A stretch of 64,000 bases of DNA from assembly GCA_030704615.1 (NCBI GenBank), contig CM060731.1, forward strand, positions 69,440,001 to 69,504,000. The letters are read 5' to 3'. Shown here one piece after another: positions 50,372 to 64,000 of this stretch; the stretch's first letter is position 1; each line of letters begins with the position of its first letter. Source of the stretch: Takakia lepidozioides (Eukaryota; Plantae; Bryophyta). A program made the translations under genes and the position numbers. The notes under the pieces were generated by a model, which was not told the DNA's origin, did no database searches, and was given only the letters and a program-made list of their open reading frames with translations.

Positions 50372-53300
50372 ATGTCGCAACAGCGGTCTTTGCTGTCCTT
50401 TTACAACAAAGGCCGTGCAGGGCCCTCAAAGGATGGCTCTTCCAATCAGGCAGAGCAGGGTCCAGGTGGAGGAAGACAATTAAGCTATAAAGAGTTGCAG
50501 CAACAGCAGCAACAAACATTCTTCAGAGGGGGCCTTGCCTCCATGCCTTCCTCACAGGAGGGGACACATACTGCCCCCTCCCGGCCTTTCACCCCTGGCT
50601 TCAAGCGTATTCAGGAAGAGGATCCTGATGTGACTTCTCAAGGCAAAGTTCTGTTGAGCTCAGACCCCAGCAAGAGGAGAAAGCTCATGGATGCGTTGGG
50701 AGTGGATCATAATCACACACAAGGTGGTGCATGGGCAGCGGTTGAAGCTAGGTTTGAATGGCTGCACCCCAATCGGATCAAAGATGGGAAGGGGAGGCGA
50801 CCTGACCACCCTTTCTATGACAATAGAACATTGCACATCCCACAGGATGCACTGACAAAGATGACAGCTTCGCAGCGGCAGTACTGGTCACTGAAATGCC
50901 AGTACATGGATACTCTTTTATTTTTCAAAGTGGTAAGTGCCTCACACGTATTTCTATTGACAGTGATTTTGTAGCAATTGTGTTTTCCTTATGTGCCCTC
51001 ACATGCACAAGGTTTTTAATAATGTTGGGCACTACTTTTTGCAGGGAAAATTTTATGAGCTATATGAGCTTGATGCAGAAATTGGTCATAAAGAGATGGA
51101 TTGGAAACTGATTATCAGCGGTGTTGGCAAATGCAGACAGGTAGTGTTGGGTGGACTGCCGTGGCCTCGATAGAGACATTCTTCATAATATGGTTGCTCC
51201 AAGGAAGTGTTCACACTTACGTAGTCTTATCCCTTGATTTTGAAGCTGTCCTTTAAGAAGATGCGAACACACTGATCAGGTTTAGCTGTTTGCTTTGTTG
51301 GACAGGTTGGAGTCCCGGAGAGTGGGATAGACGATTCTGTACAAAAGTTGGTTGCCCGTGGGTGAGCTCCTCGCAAGCTCGCAATTTGACAGTTTCATTA
51401 TATCTTATCTGCATTTGAAAGAAGGTTTTATTTGGAGATTTTTCATGTCTTTCTGTGTTTGTCCAGGTATAAAGTTGGCAGAATAGAGCAACTTGAGACC
51501 TCTGACCAAGCCAAGCATCGAGGGGGTGGGGTACGGCAACACACCATGTACCCTTGACCACATGTGTGCTCTACTATGGTAGTCATTGGGATGTTAGTTC
51601 ATTTTCAAATATGTAGTTGCCAGCTCTGGCAATAAGTGGAACTTGTGATTCAGTAGAACTCCAGTCTTAGTCCTTTCTGCTGTATCCATCCTGTGCAGAT
51701 ATACCTTAGCAAGGTAGACCGTTATCAATCAAGTGTAGCTTGTGTGTGCCAGTTTCTATTTTACTTTTTGATCCCCTAGACATCAAGTTGTTCCTGCTCT
51801 GCTTGGTTGCTGCAGATGGTTCGGCGTGACCTTATCCAGGTGGTCACCCCATCGACTAGACTCGATGGTAACCTGCGGCCCGAGGCAATTCACCTTCTTG
51901 CTCTAAAGGAGGTGATGATTTGCTGGAAATCTCCCACCAACTTTCTAACAATCTTGGCAATTTGCTACCAGGATCCTTTTAAGTGCTTTGACATAGCGAC
52001 TTATAGGTGTGCAAGAATATGGGTAGGTGCTGTCCGGTTGGTTTTCTGGTGTCTTTGCAGCTGTGGGATGCGGTCTCCTTGCGGTTTCCCGTATGCAGAT
52101 GTAGCAACTCAACTGTGCTAATTTGTATTTCCACAGCACATTGAGTTTCTCTGAGTCCTCCTGAACAGAGAATGTTTGTGGACACAGGAGGCTGTGGATG
52201 AAATCCATGATGGCACATCAAGCCAGGGGTCAGTGGCAATGGGGTTTGCCTTTGTTGATGCCGCTGCAGGCAAATTCTTTCTTGGCTCCATCAGCGATGA
52301 TTGCTCGCGCTCTGCTTTAGGGGCACTCCTCACTCAGGTAACCCAACTTTCTGTCAGGGCTTTCGACACAACATCAGCTGTATAAGGCCGGAGTTGAATA
52401 TGAGGCTATTTCTCTTCCAAAGGTTCTTTCTGTTTGGTAACGAAGCCATGTCTTTGTATTTCCGTATTTTTTTTGCACTTATGCTCAGGCATTCAGGCTC
52501 AGATGTTCAGGATATTCCTAGATAAGTGGAGAAAGAAAGGGTGATTTTTATGTGTGTGACCTCTGCAGGTTGCTCCTCAAGAGATCCTACATGAACTTGG
52601 AGGTAACTTCCATGTTCCTGAAAAGACAGCTTGAAGAGACCTTCCTCATTCTCTGTTACACTACTGATGATTGTGGAGACATAGTTGTACTTGATGTATT
52701 TGGTTTTTGATGTCCATCCTCATTGAGCTGGAACCAAGACACCTCGATGTGCTCACTAACCCAGGATGACCATTGGTCTTCTGCAGGTCTATCTGACGGT
52801 ACAATGAAGGTTCTACAGCATCACCACACTCCAGGTAGTGGTGTCTCCTAAGTCTTGTTTTCTTGTAGTTCTATCCATGACATTGGAGGGAAACTTATCA
52901 GTTCCGTAGAGGGTCTGATGTGCAGGCTTGCTTCCAATGATGATTACCCCTCTCACAGTCGAATTTATGGAGCCTGAATCGGTGGTTCAAATGTTTGAAG
53001 ATCGTGGCTACTTCCAGCCAACAGTTTGTGCAGAAGATTTTGCAGGCTTGTGGGCCAACACATTGGAAAGGCTTTCTCACAAGTACCTTGCTGCTAGTGC
53101 TTTGGGAGCTCTGGTCTCCCATCTTGTGCGCTTGAAGGTCAGTGCAGTCATTATGCAGCATATAGGAAATTTACCTAGCACAACATCAGCAACAAGGCAT
53201 CTGTTGCTTAGCACCCATCATTTAGTTACACTCATATCTAGGCTTTCCCTGCAACCAGACCCCCCATCCATTACAGGGGTAGGTTCTCTGGATTTGACCA

Positions 53301-56300
53301 CTTGCTGGGATGATTAACATAAGACCACATAAAAAGTGGAGGAGTTGCAGTATGAAGAGTGTCCACATCAAGTAGTATCATTTTTGAACAGGTGGACAGG
53401 GAACTGCTTCCTAATGGAGTTTTACTGCCATATGAAGTCTACAGAGGCTCGCTCCGGCTGGATGGCCAAACTGTGGCTAATTTGGAACTACTTGAAAACA
53501 GGGACAATGGAAGTCGAGCAGGTTAGTTTACAGAGCAGCATCCCCTTTATTGCTATGCTGACACCTGATTCAAACAAGCAAGCTTTTTCAGGTCAGCTGA
53601 ACCATTCTATCAGCATAAACTAATGCGGTCCAAAGGCCAAAAGATTGCTTGGAATAAGAGGTGAACACTCTGTGAATGGTGCTTGCAGAGACTTGGTAGT
53701 TGTGGTGAATGGAGAAAAAGAGAATATATTTATTATGTCCACAAAAGGCCAAAAGGAGTTTGTTATGTATTGTAGAGGACTCCGTTTACAATTAACAGTT
53801 AGCTCTCTTCTTGATATTTGCTCTTCAGGATAAGATCACGTATCCTTGCATGATTGGCCAGATGAATGTCTTTTGAAAATGGCAGGATGACTTGGAGCTG
53901 GTGTATTGCCCTCATTCTGTGGTTTTCCCTTTCTTACTTCTGCAGGTACTCTGCTTAGCCACTTGGACTCGTGTGTAACTAAGTACGGTAAACGCCTTCT
54001 GAGGCGATGGATTTGCCATCCTCTGCAAAATGTGGCAGAGATCAATGACCGTTTGGGTACAGTGGAGGAGCTAATGGACCGTCCGGAGATGGCCTGCTCA
54101 CTAAGAGAGGACATGCATGTGCTGCCAGATCTGGAACGGATCATTGCTCGGGTTCGGGGACTGGCCGGATCCCCAAACCTTGGGGTCATACCTATGGCAG
54201 CAAAAAAAGTACATGAACGCCGTGTAAGAATATCTTTTTCACCCCTAGAGCAAATTGACCTCAGCAACAAACAAATGTCACCTCCAGCATAATAAATGTG
54301 TTTGTGGAATTTGCAGCTGAAAACCTTTGCAGATGCTGTCAAAGGAATGCGTGCAGCTTTCAAACTTCTCCAGGGGCTCCAGAACTGTAGGGATGGAGGA
54401 GGCCCTCCCAAGGCGTGTCTGCTGCAGGCTGCCCTGTCATTAGCAAACCCGGATGTGGCTCTTGATGCCCTTGAAGAAATTGAGGCTTGCATTGACCGAA
54501 GCAGCAAGTTCCTCAGACTCCGCTCCCAGGAACAGGTTTGCACGCACACAGAATCAGCATGCCCTAGGAAAGCCTGATAGTTAAGATTATCTCAAGACAC
54601 TCACTGAAGCATATCTTATTTTTTGAGGTTGGAGAGAATTCTTATTGAAGTGGTTGTTTGTGACTACCAACTCTCTATGTGGGGCTGATCCTCTTACAGT
54701 GCACAACATATGCACTGTCGAAACCAAGCTTATAGAGGTCCAGTTTGACTGAAGTATTTGCCTGAGGGACATTTGCATGTCCCGTGGAGTCGCAAAGAGA
54801 TCTGTCTTTCAGGTGGGCACATGTGCTAGGGTACAGCATAGATGAAGATGGCTCTCATCTTGGCAATGAAGCCCCACTGTTTTTGTTCTTGCAGGAAGAT
54901 ATGGGGGATGATAATGTCGACACCACGGATGAAAAGTCAGCATTGGAGAAAGAAGCGGGTGTATTAAGCCAACTCATGGTCTGCTTTAATGCACACTCGG
55001 AGCATTGGCAAATGGTGGTCGAGACACTTGCACGGTTGGATGTCTTGATAGCGTTTGCTGCAGCTGCAAAGACATCAACAGGCCCTACATGTCAACCTAT
55101 TTTTACACAAAATGACAAGACAAAAAATGGAGGCGCTGTCCTCATCATCAAAGGCCTTTGGAATCCATTGAGTACAGGGGGCCAAGGAGGTGTTGTTGTA
55201 CCCAATGATGTGGAACTTGGTTCCTTCAGATCAGACTCCTCCCGCAATCCCCGGACAATGCTTCTGACAGGGCCGAACATGGGGGGCAAGTCAACACTGT
55301 TGAGGGCCACATGCTTAGCTGTGATCATGGCGCAGGTTGTGTACAGATCCCTTCTAAATGCAGCTGTTGTCTTTCGAAGCCCATCCACTGAAGAAATTCA
55401 TAGATTTCTCTCCTTCTCACAGTAAGCTAATGTTTGTACTATTTTACAAACTAATGAATCACTCATAAGAGGGGTTCTGGGGCATAAGCCAACAAGCTGC
55501 TCAATCAGTTAGTGGTATTGAGATACGTTTGGCCTTTTGATATGGCAACAAGATAGAAACAAAAGCTTCTGGGAAGCACTGGAAAGGGACTAAGATAAGT
55601 TGGGTGAACCCTATTACAGTGGTTCCACCAGCTGTAGATGTTTGGAAAGTACAAGTGCATGCAATTCTAGTTCTCTTACTTCCAATTGATGTGTCTTGCA
55701 GTTGGGTTGTTACGTGCCGGGTGAGTCGTGTACTTTGTCACCAGTGGACACTGTCTTCACTCGGCTTGGTGCAAGTGACCGCATCATGCAGGGTGAAAGT
55801 AAGTTCTCTGATTTGGAGGACTCAGGGTTATGCTAGTGAGAGACAGATCCGTGGACACTGATCGTTCTTCTTGCATTGCTTGTCATGAAGCGGGGCACAC
55901 CCCCTCTGCATTCCCTTGGTTTTTTGGTTCACTTTTGCTGATGCTGTCATATTCATGACAACACCAATTGTTTGCAGGTACATTCATGGTGGAATGTAGA
56001 GAGGCAGCATCTGTTCTACGTCATGCAACAAATAATTCGCTTGTGGTGTTGGACGAGCTGGGTCGAGGGACTTCCACATTTGATGGATATGCCATTGCCT
56101 ATGCTGTAATCTGCTGGACCCTCCTTGCAAAGTTTGTTGTTCTCTCCCTTTTCTTATTCCAGAAAATGGAGAAACATCTAGAAGGAGCTCTATAAAGCAA
56201 AAATAAGGAATAATGAGATACTGAAAAGCCCTCTCTCTTTGCAGGTTCTTCGACATGTGGTTGACACCCTAGATTGCCGCCTGCTTTTTGCCACTCATTA

Positions 56301-56718
56301 CCATGCCCTCACTGTTGAGCTTGCATCCCATCCTTCCATTGGGCTATATCATATGGCGTGTGCTTTGGTGGACAAGCCCAGTGTGAGCAATGAAGGCAGG
56401 ACTTCACATTTTGTATCTAACCAGGAACTTGTTTTCCTTTACAAGCTCAAGGAGGGCGTTTGCCAACAGAGCTATGGCCTTCAGGTTGCTGCTCTGGCAG
56501 GCCTTCCAAGTTCTGTTGTCCAAGGTGCTGAACAAGCAAGCAACAAAATGGAGTCTAAGATCTCCATAGTGTTCGAATCTGCCCTCCTGAAGGAAGGATT
56601 ACCACCGTTGCACAAGCAATGGCTTTCTGCCCTGATTGGCACAACGGGTTTCAGTGGCAATGATGCTCTTGATACTTTGTATTGCATTTGGGAGGAAATG
56701 CGGAGGTCTGCAGTATGA
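50372..56718 (+). CDS. MSH7: DNA mismatch repair protein MSH7 (MutS-gamma partner), multi-exon
   Basis: PIP-like [11 protein letters not shown]; [29 protein letters not shown]|[29 protein letters not shown]; P-loop [14 protein letters not shown]; [12 protein letters not shown]; FATHYH; canonical GT-AG introns. Confidence 0.93.
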
Positions 56719-57863
56719 GGAACCAAACCAATCGGGTCTGGCTACTGATATAAGCAGTGTAATCACAGACACTTCCGTTCAAGACAATATGCCATCTTGC
56801 GGCAGGAGCTACAGATTTCCACCCGAAGCTCCATTTTGTAGTAGTCGTGTGATGATATGGAGGTTGTTAGCTCTAGTTTGTGCTCTTTGGCACTGGACAA
56901 GACTCTGTTGGTGCTCTCCCATGTATGAATAGTAGAGGTTTTGGCCATACAGTTCAATTTTACTTGTCAATGGAATAGAGATTCCATAGATTACATGGGA
57001 AGCGGGTTGTCGAGTGTTTGTAGTGGTCAACAGGGGCCCAAACCCACCACAGTGTGAGCTTAAGTGACTGCACGGCTGAAGGTAACAGCTTCTCAGTCAG
57101 TTTATTCTAGACCAATGTTCCTGCTAGGATTGTCACTTTAAGGTAACAGCTGCTCAGACAGTTTATTCTAGACCAATGTTGCCGCTAGGATTGTCACAAC
57201 GGTGGCAAGGCCAACCCGATCCCCCAACGGAGTCTTTACTCTACAAAGGCAGGGGTCCGGTGTCCAGTCTATAATATCCCATGTTTCAGGAAATGACATC
57301 ATATCCAATAGTGGTTGCTGCCAAGGAATTGCCAAAGACAGGCACATGACCCTACAAATCACGAGGCCGTGAAGCCCATGAAGCCTGATTCATTTTATGT
57401 TTCTCTTCAGTGGTACTCAGTTACAAGATTTGAAAACATGTCTGCGAATCTGCTGCAAGACAACTTTCCATTTCCATCGTGAGTGCACACACGTGCCTAG
57501 CGAAATTTCTCTTCACACCTAGAGTTTTCATGTAAGGATTCATGTCCACATTCATAAAACAATCTCTTCTGCAAGAGACCAATTTCCAATTCGGGTTACA
57601 GATCCAGTGCTTGTTCTCATACAATTATGAGCACTAAGCCACACCTTAATGCCGTACAGGCAATAATATCATCTAGGAAACAGAATTTGACACAGGTTTC
57701 TGATGTCAAGCAACTGTAAAAACACAAGATGATTTCTTCACATATTACAAAAGTTTTGCAGAAGAGCATTTACAGACAACACCGCAAGTCTCTTGTTTCT
57801 GAACTACCCCTAGGAATTGAGGCTACACTAGAATGCCCACTGTCAAATATACAATGTAAGTAA

Positions 57864-58901
57864 CTACATGCCCCCACAGCCTCCTCCACCACAACCCCCT
57901 CCACCGCCACAGCCGCCACCACCACCAAAGCCCCCTCCCCCTCCAAGTGCCTCTCCAAGTAACAATCCTCCAAGAGCTCCGCCCAGCAGACCAGTGCCCA
58001 TACCACCACCAAAAAGTCCACTTCTTCTGGGAGCAGGTTGAGGTGCAGCTGCATAAGCTCCTGCTGGTTGGTAATAGGGAGCAGGCTGGTAGTAGGGAGC
58101 AGATCCTTGTCCTGGGTATTGTGAATAACCCTGTTGCGGATATTGACTACCCCCTGCCTGATTGTAGCCACCAGGATAACCTGCTGGGTATGCTGTTACT
58201 GGCTCATTCCCTTTGCCTGCCCCAGACTGAACTCCATGTTGACCAGTATTTGCTGCTGGGGCAGAGACCAAATCTCCGAATTTTACAGAAAGGTTCAACA
58301 CCCCTTGGACACGACCAGATGGCCTGCGAATCTGCATAGAAAAAATCATTGAAAGGGTTATAGTCCACAATGAATTGTACTGAAGTCCCTACTGCTAGTC
58401 GGAATGAACAATGAGGAACATGGAAAAGACAGAATAATCAAATGCAACTACTCCAAGACCATTACATCCAGAAACAATCTTAACATCCGATCAACCCCAG
58501 TTTCTTTCATCTCTCCCCAACAAGAAAGAGACTTCAATTACCTGATAAGACAAGGCCTTTGCCTCTTGTGATCCTCTCCCATCCTTCCCTTTCCCTCCTG
58601 GCAGGTCGGATAGAGGCACAGACACAGTCCCCACGTGCTTAGGTCCTAAAGAAGCATGGTGGTAGATGTCTATTGTGAGGATCACATTCCCCTGCTCAAC
58701 GGCACGCTCCTCAGCGGTAAGTCTCAGTGTTGAGTTCCAGCGAGGGTTCACACCTCCATTTGGATCCGCTGGTGTAGAGACCTTCATGTTAGGATATATC
58801 CAAGCCACAGCATATGGACTCATCTTTCCACCAAAACTCTTAACATTTTTCAAGTCTTGCGCTGAGAGTATCGTCACTAGCACCTCCCGCTGATCCATCA
58901 T
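57864..58901 (-). CDS. SRC2-like C2-domain protein with Pro/Tyr/Gln- and Gly-rich tail, 2 exons
   Basis: VTILSAQDLKNVK..MSPYAVAW..GGVNPRWN..LSYQ|IRRPSGRVQGVLNLSVKFG..GLLGGALGGLLLGE; intron 58541-58332. Confidence 0.88.
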
Positions 58902-61049
58902 CAATCGCCTTCCTGAAATCATTCATAAACGAGTAACCACATCATCATCTCTTAATCGTAGTGGCTTTGAATGTAAACTGAACAACACAGACTGGGATCT
59001 AAGATTCTACTCTCCTTGCCGAAACCCCAAGCTATTTCTGAATCCAGAAACCTTCCAGACGCCGGCAAGTCTTCCCAATCAACTAGAACACACAGATCAC
59101 ACGCACACACAGAGAGAAGATGATGATGATGATGACGATGATGCTACCTTGAGCAGGCGATAAACCGCTTCTGCTGCAAGGCTTTCCGAGTCCAACCAAC
59201 AGCGACAAAAATCTCTTCCAATCCTCACCTCACTCCCACACCGTTGTACGTGCGAGAAGGGGTCCCAAAGTCAAGCACGAAATAAGGTTCCCTGATACAA
59301 ACAAGTCTGAGAAAGAGTCTCTTGTCTCTACAAACCGTCACACGATCAACCAGCGTGAATGATCCGATCTCGTCGCACTTCGCTGCAGGGAAAGATATGT
59401 ATCGAGTATCAGCAGCCCATACAGAGCAAATACGGGGAAGATTGCCGACGGCAGGGAGGACGCGGAAGGCCTGGCGGGCGTGTACAGGGATCACACCGCC
59501 CTCCTCGAAACTTCCTTGCAACCCTCGCCTCTCCTAATGTTATGTTATTGCATGTGAAACAAACCCTGAGCGTGTTGCAAATAGCAAATCTCGAGAACGA
59601 TCACAAAAAAGGAAGATTTGGGTTTACAGTAAGAGCGAAAACCCACAGAAACCCACCACTTTTTTTTTTCTAGAACATGCGGGCACTCGCACATGACACG
59701 TTTTGAGTCTATCGTGAGCTTTGTTTCTACAACCGTCTATTTTGTTTGATTCACTCAGTCTTTGACATACCCCCATTTCTCGCCCAACTACGTGCGTGCA
59801 CACCACTCCACTCTACAAGTGTCTGCAGATGGCTGACACTTGTTCATTTTATATGCGCCACTCCACTCTATACGTGTCTGCGGCCGGTGGTGGTGCTTCC
59901 TAATTTAATTTGTACTTTTTTTCTGAAATATATATATATTTTAAATAATTGTATTTGACCACTCGCTAAGAGCGGTACTTATTTTGTAAGCTCACCCCAT
60001 TGACCTTCCGAGATTTGGGACCCTTATTTATTTATGAATAGTGGAATGCTGCAAGAATTGAGGGCTTGACGCCAAGGGCTCCGCCCTCGGCGAAGGCCCG
60101 AAAATCCAAGAAGGCCCCACAAGAGGGGCCTTCCACTGCCTAAAGAAATGTGTATTTTCAAGAAATTCAGCAGGGCAAGTTATACATTTCAATGAGCCTT
60201 GGAATGTATTAGGGATCTTTCGGCAGGGAGAATGTACCATGATGGATTCTGCTTTTTAAGTGCACGTCAGCTTTTTTTTCAAGAAATTTGGAAAACAACA
60301 AGATTGGCTACAGAGTTTTGCAAAAAATAGCCGTGCATTCTGTTCATCCACTAAAATTAGGATAGAATCATCCACCTTTGTACTTCAATCCATTTATATC
60401 ATCCATATTTGGTGAATTCATCCATAATTTATCTTTTATTTGGAGAAGTTTGGCAATTTCATCCATGAAAAATGCAGAATTTGTGACAGAATATTCCATT
60501 TTATTTTTGAGGTCGAAATCTGGCGAAAATTTACCAATAAGAAAAGTGCTGGTGCACGTTGAATGTGATCGGAAGGAAAATGGTTGGCAGTTCTTTACTC
60601 TAACATATCATATGAGTCTTAGCAAAATGGCCCACATAATGCATCAGACCGGGAAAATTTTAAGCAAAACTTAGTTTAACCCTTAATTTCCCAAGCCCTT
60701 TTTGGAGTTCTTAACAATTTTGGGTACCCAGCTGCAGTAAATTGCCCACAGAAACCTACCAAAAATCATCCATAGATTCCAGCCATATAGAAGTGGGCCC
60801 AGCTCATTTATGCACAACATATAAAAAAATGAGTCAATTCCACCGTGGGAATTGTGAGATTATAACATTGGCTCGACCCTCAAATTTCAGGTCTAAGAGG
60901 AGAAGTGGGAAAAAAATATGTTTGACCAAATCAATACCCGGCTTTATCCAATTTTGCTTGCCCCAAGAGCCACCATTTCCAAATCCACATCGGACCCCTC
61001 TAAATTGCAGATTTTTTCACTTATGGTTGCTTTGTATGTAATTACGTAG

Positions 61050-61527
61050 GCTTCTGATTGTTGAATAATTGGGAGTTTAAGGCTCACGTGTGAGCCAAGC
61101 GGCCCATGCACTGACGTCGCGCGCCCCCGAGTGGCCCCGCCACGATCCATGACCCGGCCCGGTAGGTCTGCCGCCAGGTATGGTCTGCCGCGAGACTCAG
61201 CCCGGGTGGGTCTGCCCCGAGGTATGGTATGCCGCGAGGTAGGGTGGCCCTAGGCAGCATTGGAGTTGACTGCCTGTTTTCTAGGTTAAGAGATTAAAAA
61301 AATGCTAGGGTAATAGCAAGCATTGGGTAGTGTGGTGGTTGGGTGCATTGAATGGTATCTATGAGGATGTGGGTTAAACTCCTCGAGAAGACCCGACCCT
61401 ACCTGTCAACAGACCCTGAGCAGAGCGACCCGCGGGGTGGTCGCGGGGTGCCCGATATCCGTGCATGGGGCCCGCTGCTTGGCTCACACGTGAGCCTTAA
61501 ATTCCCAATTATTCAAAAATGAGAGGC
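61050..61527. mobile_element. MULE-type MITE, nested
   Basis: ~50-bp TIRs; 9-bp TSD attacgtag/attacatag. Confidence 0.8.
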
Positions 61528-61788
61528 ATTACATAGGGATTAAAATCTAAAAATTGACAAGGAAAATGTGCCTCCAAACTTAATGAAGTACTTTTTTTTC
61601 TACAAAATTTCTAAAACCCGGCGGTGGATGTGTGTATGTAATGCTCACACACCACAAGGTGAAGTGGTTTCTACAATTTTTTTAACTTTTACTAACTTTA
61701 TTGATTTACATTTTGGGCCTGTTTACCCACCACGTCAGCAGTCAACAAGCCCCAAAATCTGACATAGTTACCTTATATATTTTCTGTA

Positions 61789-62479
61789 GCCTCTCATTTT
61801 TTAATAATAGGGTCATGAATGCACGGGCGGCCCCCGCCAGTACGGCCCTTGGGGTGAGCTCATAAGCCCACCGCCCATTCACCGGGTCGGCTATATTTTG
61901 AAATTTTTCTAAGTCCTTGTTCATCTACCGTGGCGGACTTTCTAGCGGACTGGGCAAACTCTCCAACAGACCGACTCCAACCCTCTAGCAGACAGGCAGA
62001 CAGACCCTCCAGCAGACCGGCACCCCTACAGTAGACCGGGCAGACCCCCTCCAGCAGACCGGCAGACCCTCCAAGCAGACCCCCCTCCAGCAGACGGGCT
62101 TATACCCCCCTCCAGCAGACCTCCATCAGACCGGCAGACCCTTCGACAAAATATATATTTAATGACACACATTACTTCGACAAATTATATATTTAATGAC
62201 ACACATTACTGCCGCAATACAACCCGACAAGATTTGAAAATTGCACCTTGTATTTATAATACATTGCTCTTAACCACCACACTACCCACCACTTTCTGTA
62301 AACAATTGCAATAACTAATGTTTTATGTGCATATTGTGGGCCCCAGCAGACCGCTTGTCGGGCAGACCCATGGTCCGGGTAGGGGCGCTTCTACCCTCAA
62401 TGACCCCTCTGCCACACGCGGGCCCCACCGCAACCACACACGCGGGCATTCATGACCCTATTATTGTTAAATGAGAAGC
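61789..62479. mobile_element. MULE-type MITE, nested (related TIR)
   Basis: TIRs gcctctcatttt..aataatagggtcatgaatgc / gcattcatgaccctattatt..atgagaagc; 9-bp TSD ttttctgta; internal cagacc repeats. Confidence 0.85.
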
Positions 62480-63591
62480 TTTTCTGTAGGTAGTAGCTTT
62501 TGTTTCTTCTTAATTTTTCTATTTGCATTATATTCAATATAAGTACTTTGCCATAAAAGCTTTAGGAGTGGGCCCTATCAGAGGAGATTTGCTGAAATTA
62601 GGTGGAAGTGGAAATTCAGAGCGACCCAAGGTCGCTTGGGCAATTAAGGGTTAAACTTTGGACCACTGTTTCTTCATCACTTTGGGTATCTGCAATGATT
62701 TAGTGGCACAAATGATAAATCCAGTGTTACTATCTGAACCCTTAACCCTTAAACACCCAGTGCTAGTTTGACTTTTTCAAAAAATAGGACCCCTGCAGTG
62801 AAAATATGTTGTAATTTTGAGAAATTTGACTTTTTAATTTATTTGTTGAATGTGGGGCCATTGGAGAAATATATCAATTTTGGTAGTTTTCCCAAAATTT
62901 GAGTGACGGCATGAACTCAGATTGAGGCAAAATTAGTAGGGCTTTGTCCCCTTGGGATCCCTCATCCAAGAAGCCAAAAACAATCCAATTTGGCCAAGGC
63001 CTTTGGTGTTGCCACTTGGTCAAACTTGGGCAAATCCCTTCACAATGACCCTCACACACACACGTGTGGATAAATCTTAGAAGAAAACAAGACTAGACTT
63101 AACCTTCATGAAAACCTGACCCCCCTCTTGCGTGATGAGACAACTTTGTTTTTACTCGAATTAGGGCAATCAATTCCCCAATCATGGGAGTGCACGACAA
63201 GGGCCAATGTATGGCACTAATTTCATAAAAATTGAAGCAGATCTAGAATTGAACTGGAGATGAGATATGGGAGGCACGTCCCTCATTTATGTTGTATGCA
63301 AGACATAAGCATTTACCATATTGGTGTCCAAGAGAAAGAAAAAAACTCTACGTCACCATTTGTGGGTCTTCAATTGGTGTGCTATATGCCCCACACAACC
63401 GATCATGTACGTCAACACACCTCACGCACGCCCGGTATTGTACACGCATAGGCACCGAGGGGATAGCCACACTATAGTTGCCCACAAAATCGTCTCACTA
63501 TCTCTTGCGAATTAGTCCCAAACGTAAGTCGAGCTACAAGCAGCTGATATGAGGAGCACTCCAGGCTTTTTATCCCACCACAACACAACAG

Positions 63592-63945
63592 CTACCTGCC
63601 TTGAAGAGTGCATCTTGACTCCGAGGTGACCAATCGAACTATTTGACCTGTCAATGCACCGTGCGATAGCTGGTTCAAGGTGATCGCCATGGAAAAATTG
63701 TGTGTTGGGTAGCAAAATCCAGTTGAACCCCCTAACCCTGAATGCCCAAAGCCAAGAATTCTCCCTCCAGTACTATCATCTTCCCCCATAGCCGAAAATC
63801 TTCGAAATCCAAGTCCAATCTTTCCGTTTTTGTCTACCAAATTACTATACTCGCCAGAGGCTATAAAAGCATCAAGAATTGTAGGACTAGAGTATATTTT
63901 GCCAAGTGCTGGGGTTGCGACAACTTGAGGAGCCTCTGGATGCAT
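63592..63945 (-). CDS. C-terminal beta-lactamase-fold segment as in plant ABC1 kinase/beta-lactamase fusion proteins (partial; may run off the window or be a relic)
   Basis: ILDAFIASGEYSNLV..GKIGLGFRR..GFGHSGLGGSTGFC..FSMAITLNQL. Confidence 0.7.
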   Translation of the reverse strand: MHPEAPQVVATPALGKIYSSPTILDAFIASGEYSNLVDKNGKIGLGFRRFSAMGEDDSTGGRILGFGHSGLGGSTGFCYPTHNFSMAITLNQLSHGALTGQIVRLVTSESRCTLQGR

Positions 63946-64000
63946 GCATGAAGAAGTGAAAGAAGATATATGAGGACTACAAGGCTGATTACACTGCCAA

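Larger units (their letters stand above)
60680..62650. mobile_element. piggyBac-like non-autonomous element (TTAA TSD)
   Basis: TTAA|CCCTTAATTTCCCAAGC ... GCTTGGGCAATTAAGGG|TTAA, a 16/17 TIR match. Confidence 0.7.

Overview
Eukaryotic, intron-containing DNA from a land plant. The PLS-DYW PPR style and transposon types suggest a non-seed plant such as a moss; the species cannot be read from the sequence. The first ~49 kb is a rearranged cluster of PLS/DYW-class PPR (RNA-editing factor) pseudogenes, interrupted by a full-length chromoviral Ty3/gypsy element (1186-8157, TSD CAACA) and a 19-kb CACTA element (9877-28877, TSD GGA). The CACTA carries a rearranged PHD-finger gypsy element and a captured F-box/kelch fragment. 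A 4.5-kb Mutator-like element (36903-41431, 9-bp TSD) sits in the last exon of a DPB4/NF-YB11 remnant. It carries a SWIM-finger ORF, a ~60-bp tandem array, four copies of a palindrome and, as the most notable finding, a spliced ORF with the C-terminal motifs of a beta-class DNA amino-methyltransferase (6mA/4mC type); its catalytic motif IV is not visible in this copy. PPR arrays fold back on themselves at ~46023. The right end holds apparently intact MSH7 and SRC2-like C2-domain genes, a piggyBac-like TTAA element with two nested MULE-MITEs, and a beta-lactamase-fold C-terminal fragment. All calls come from reading the sequence by eye; no searches were run.
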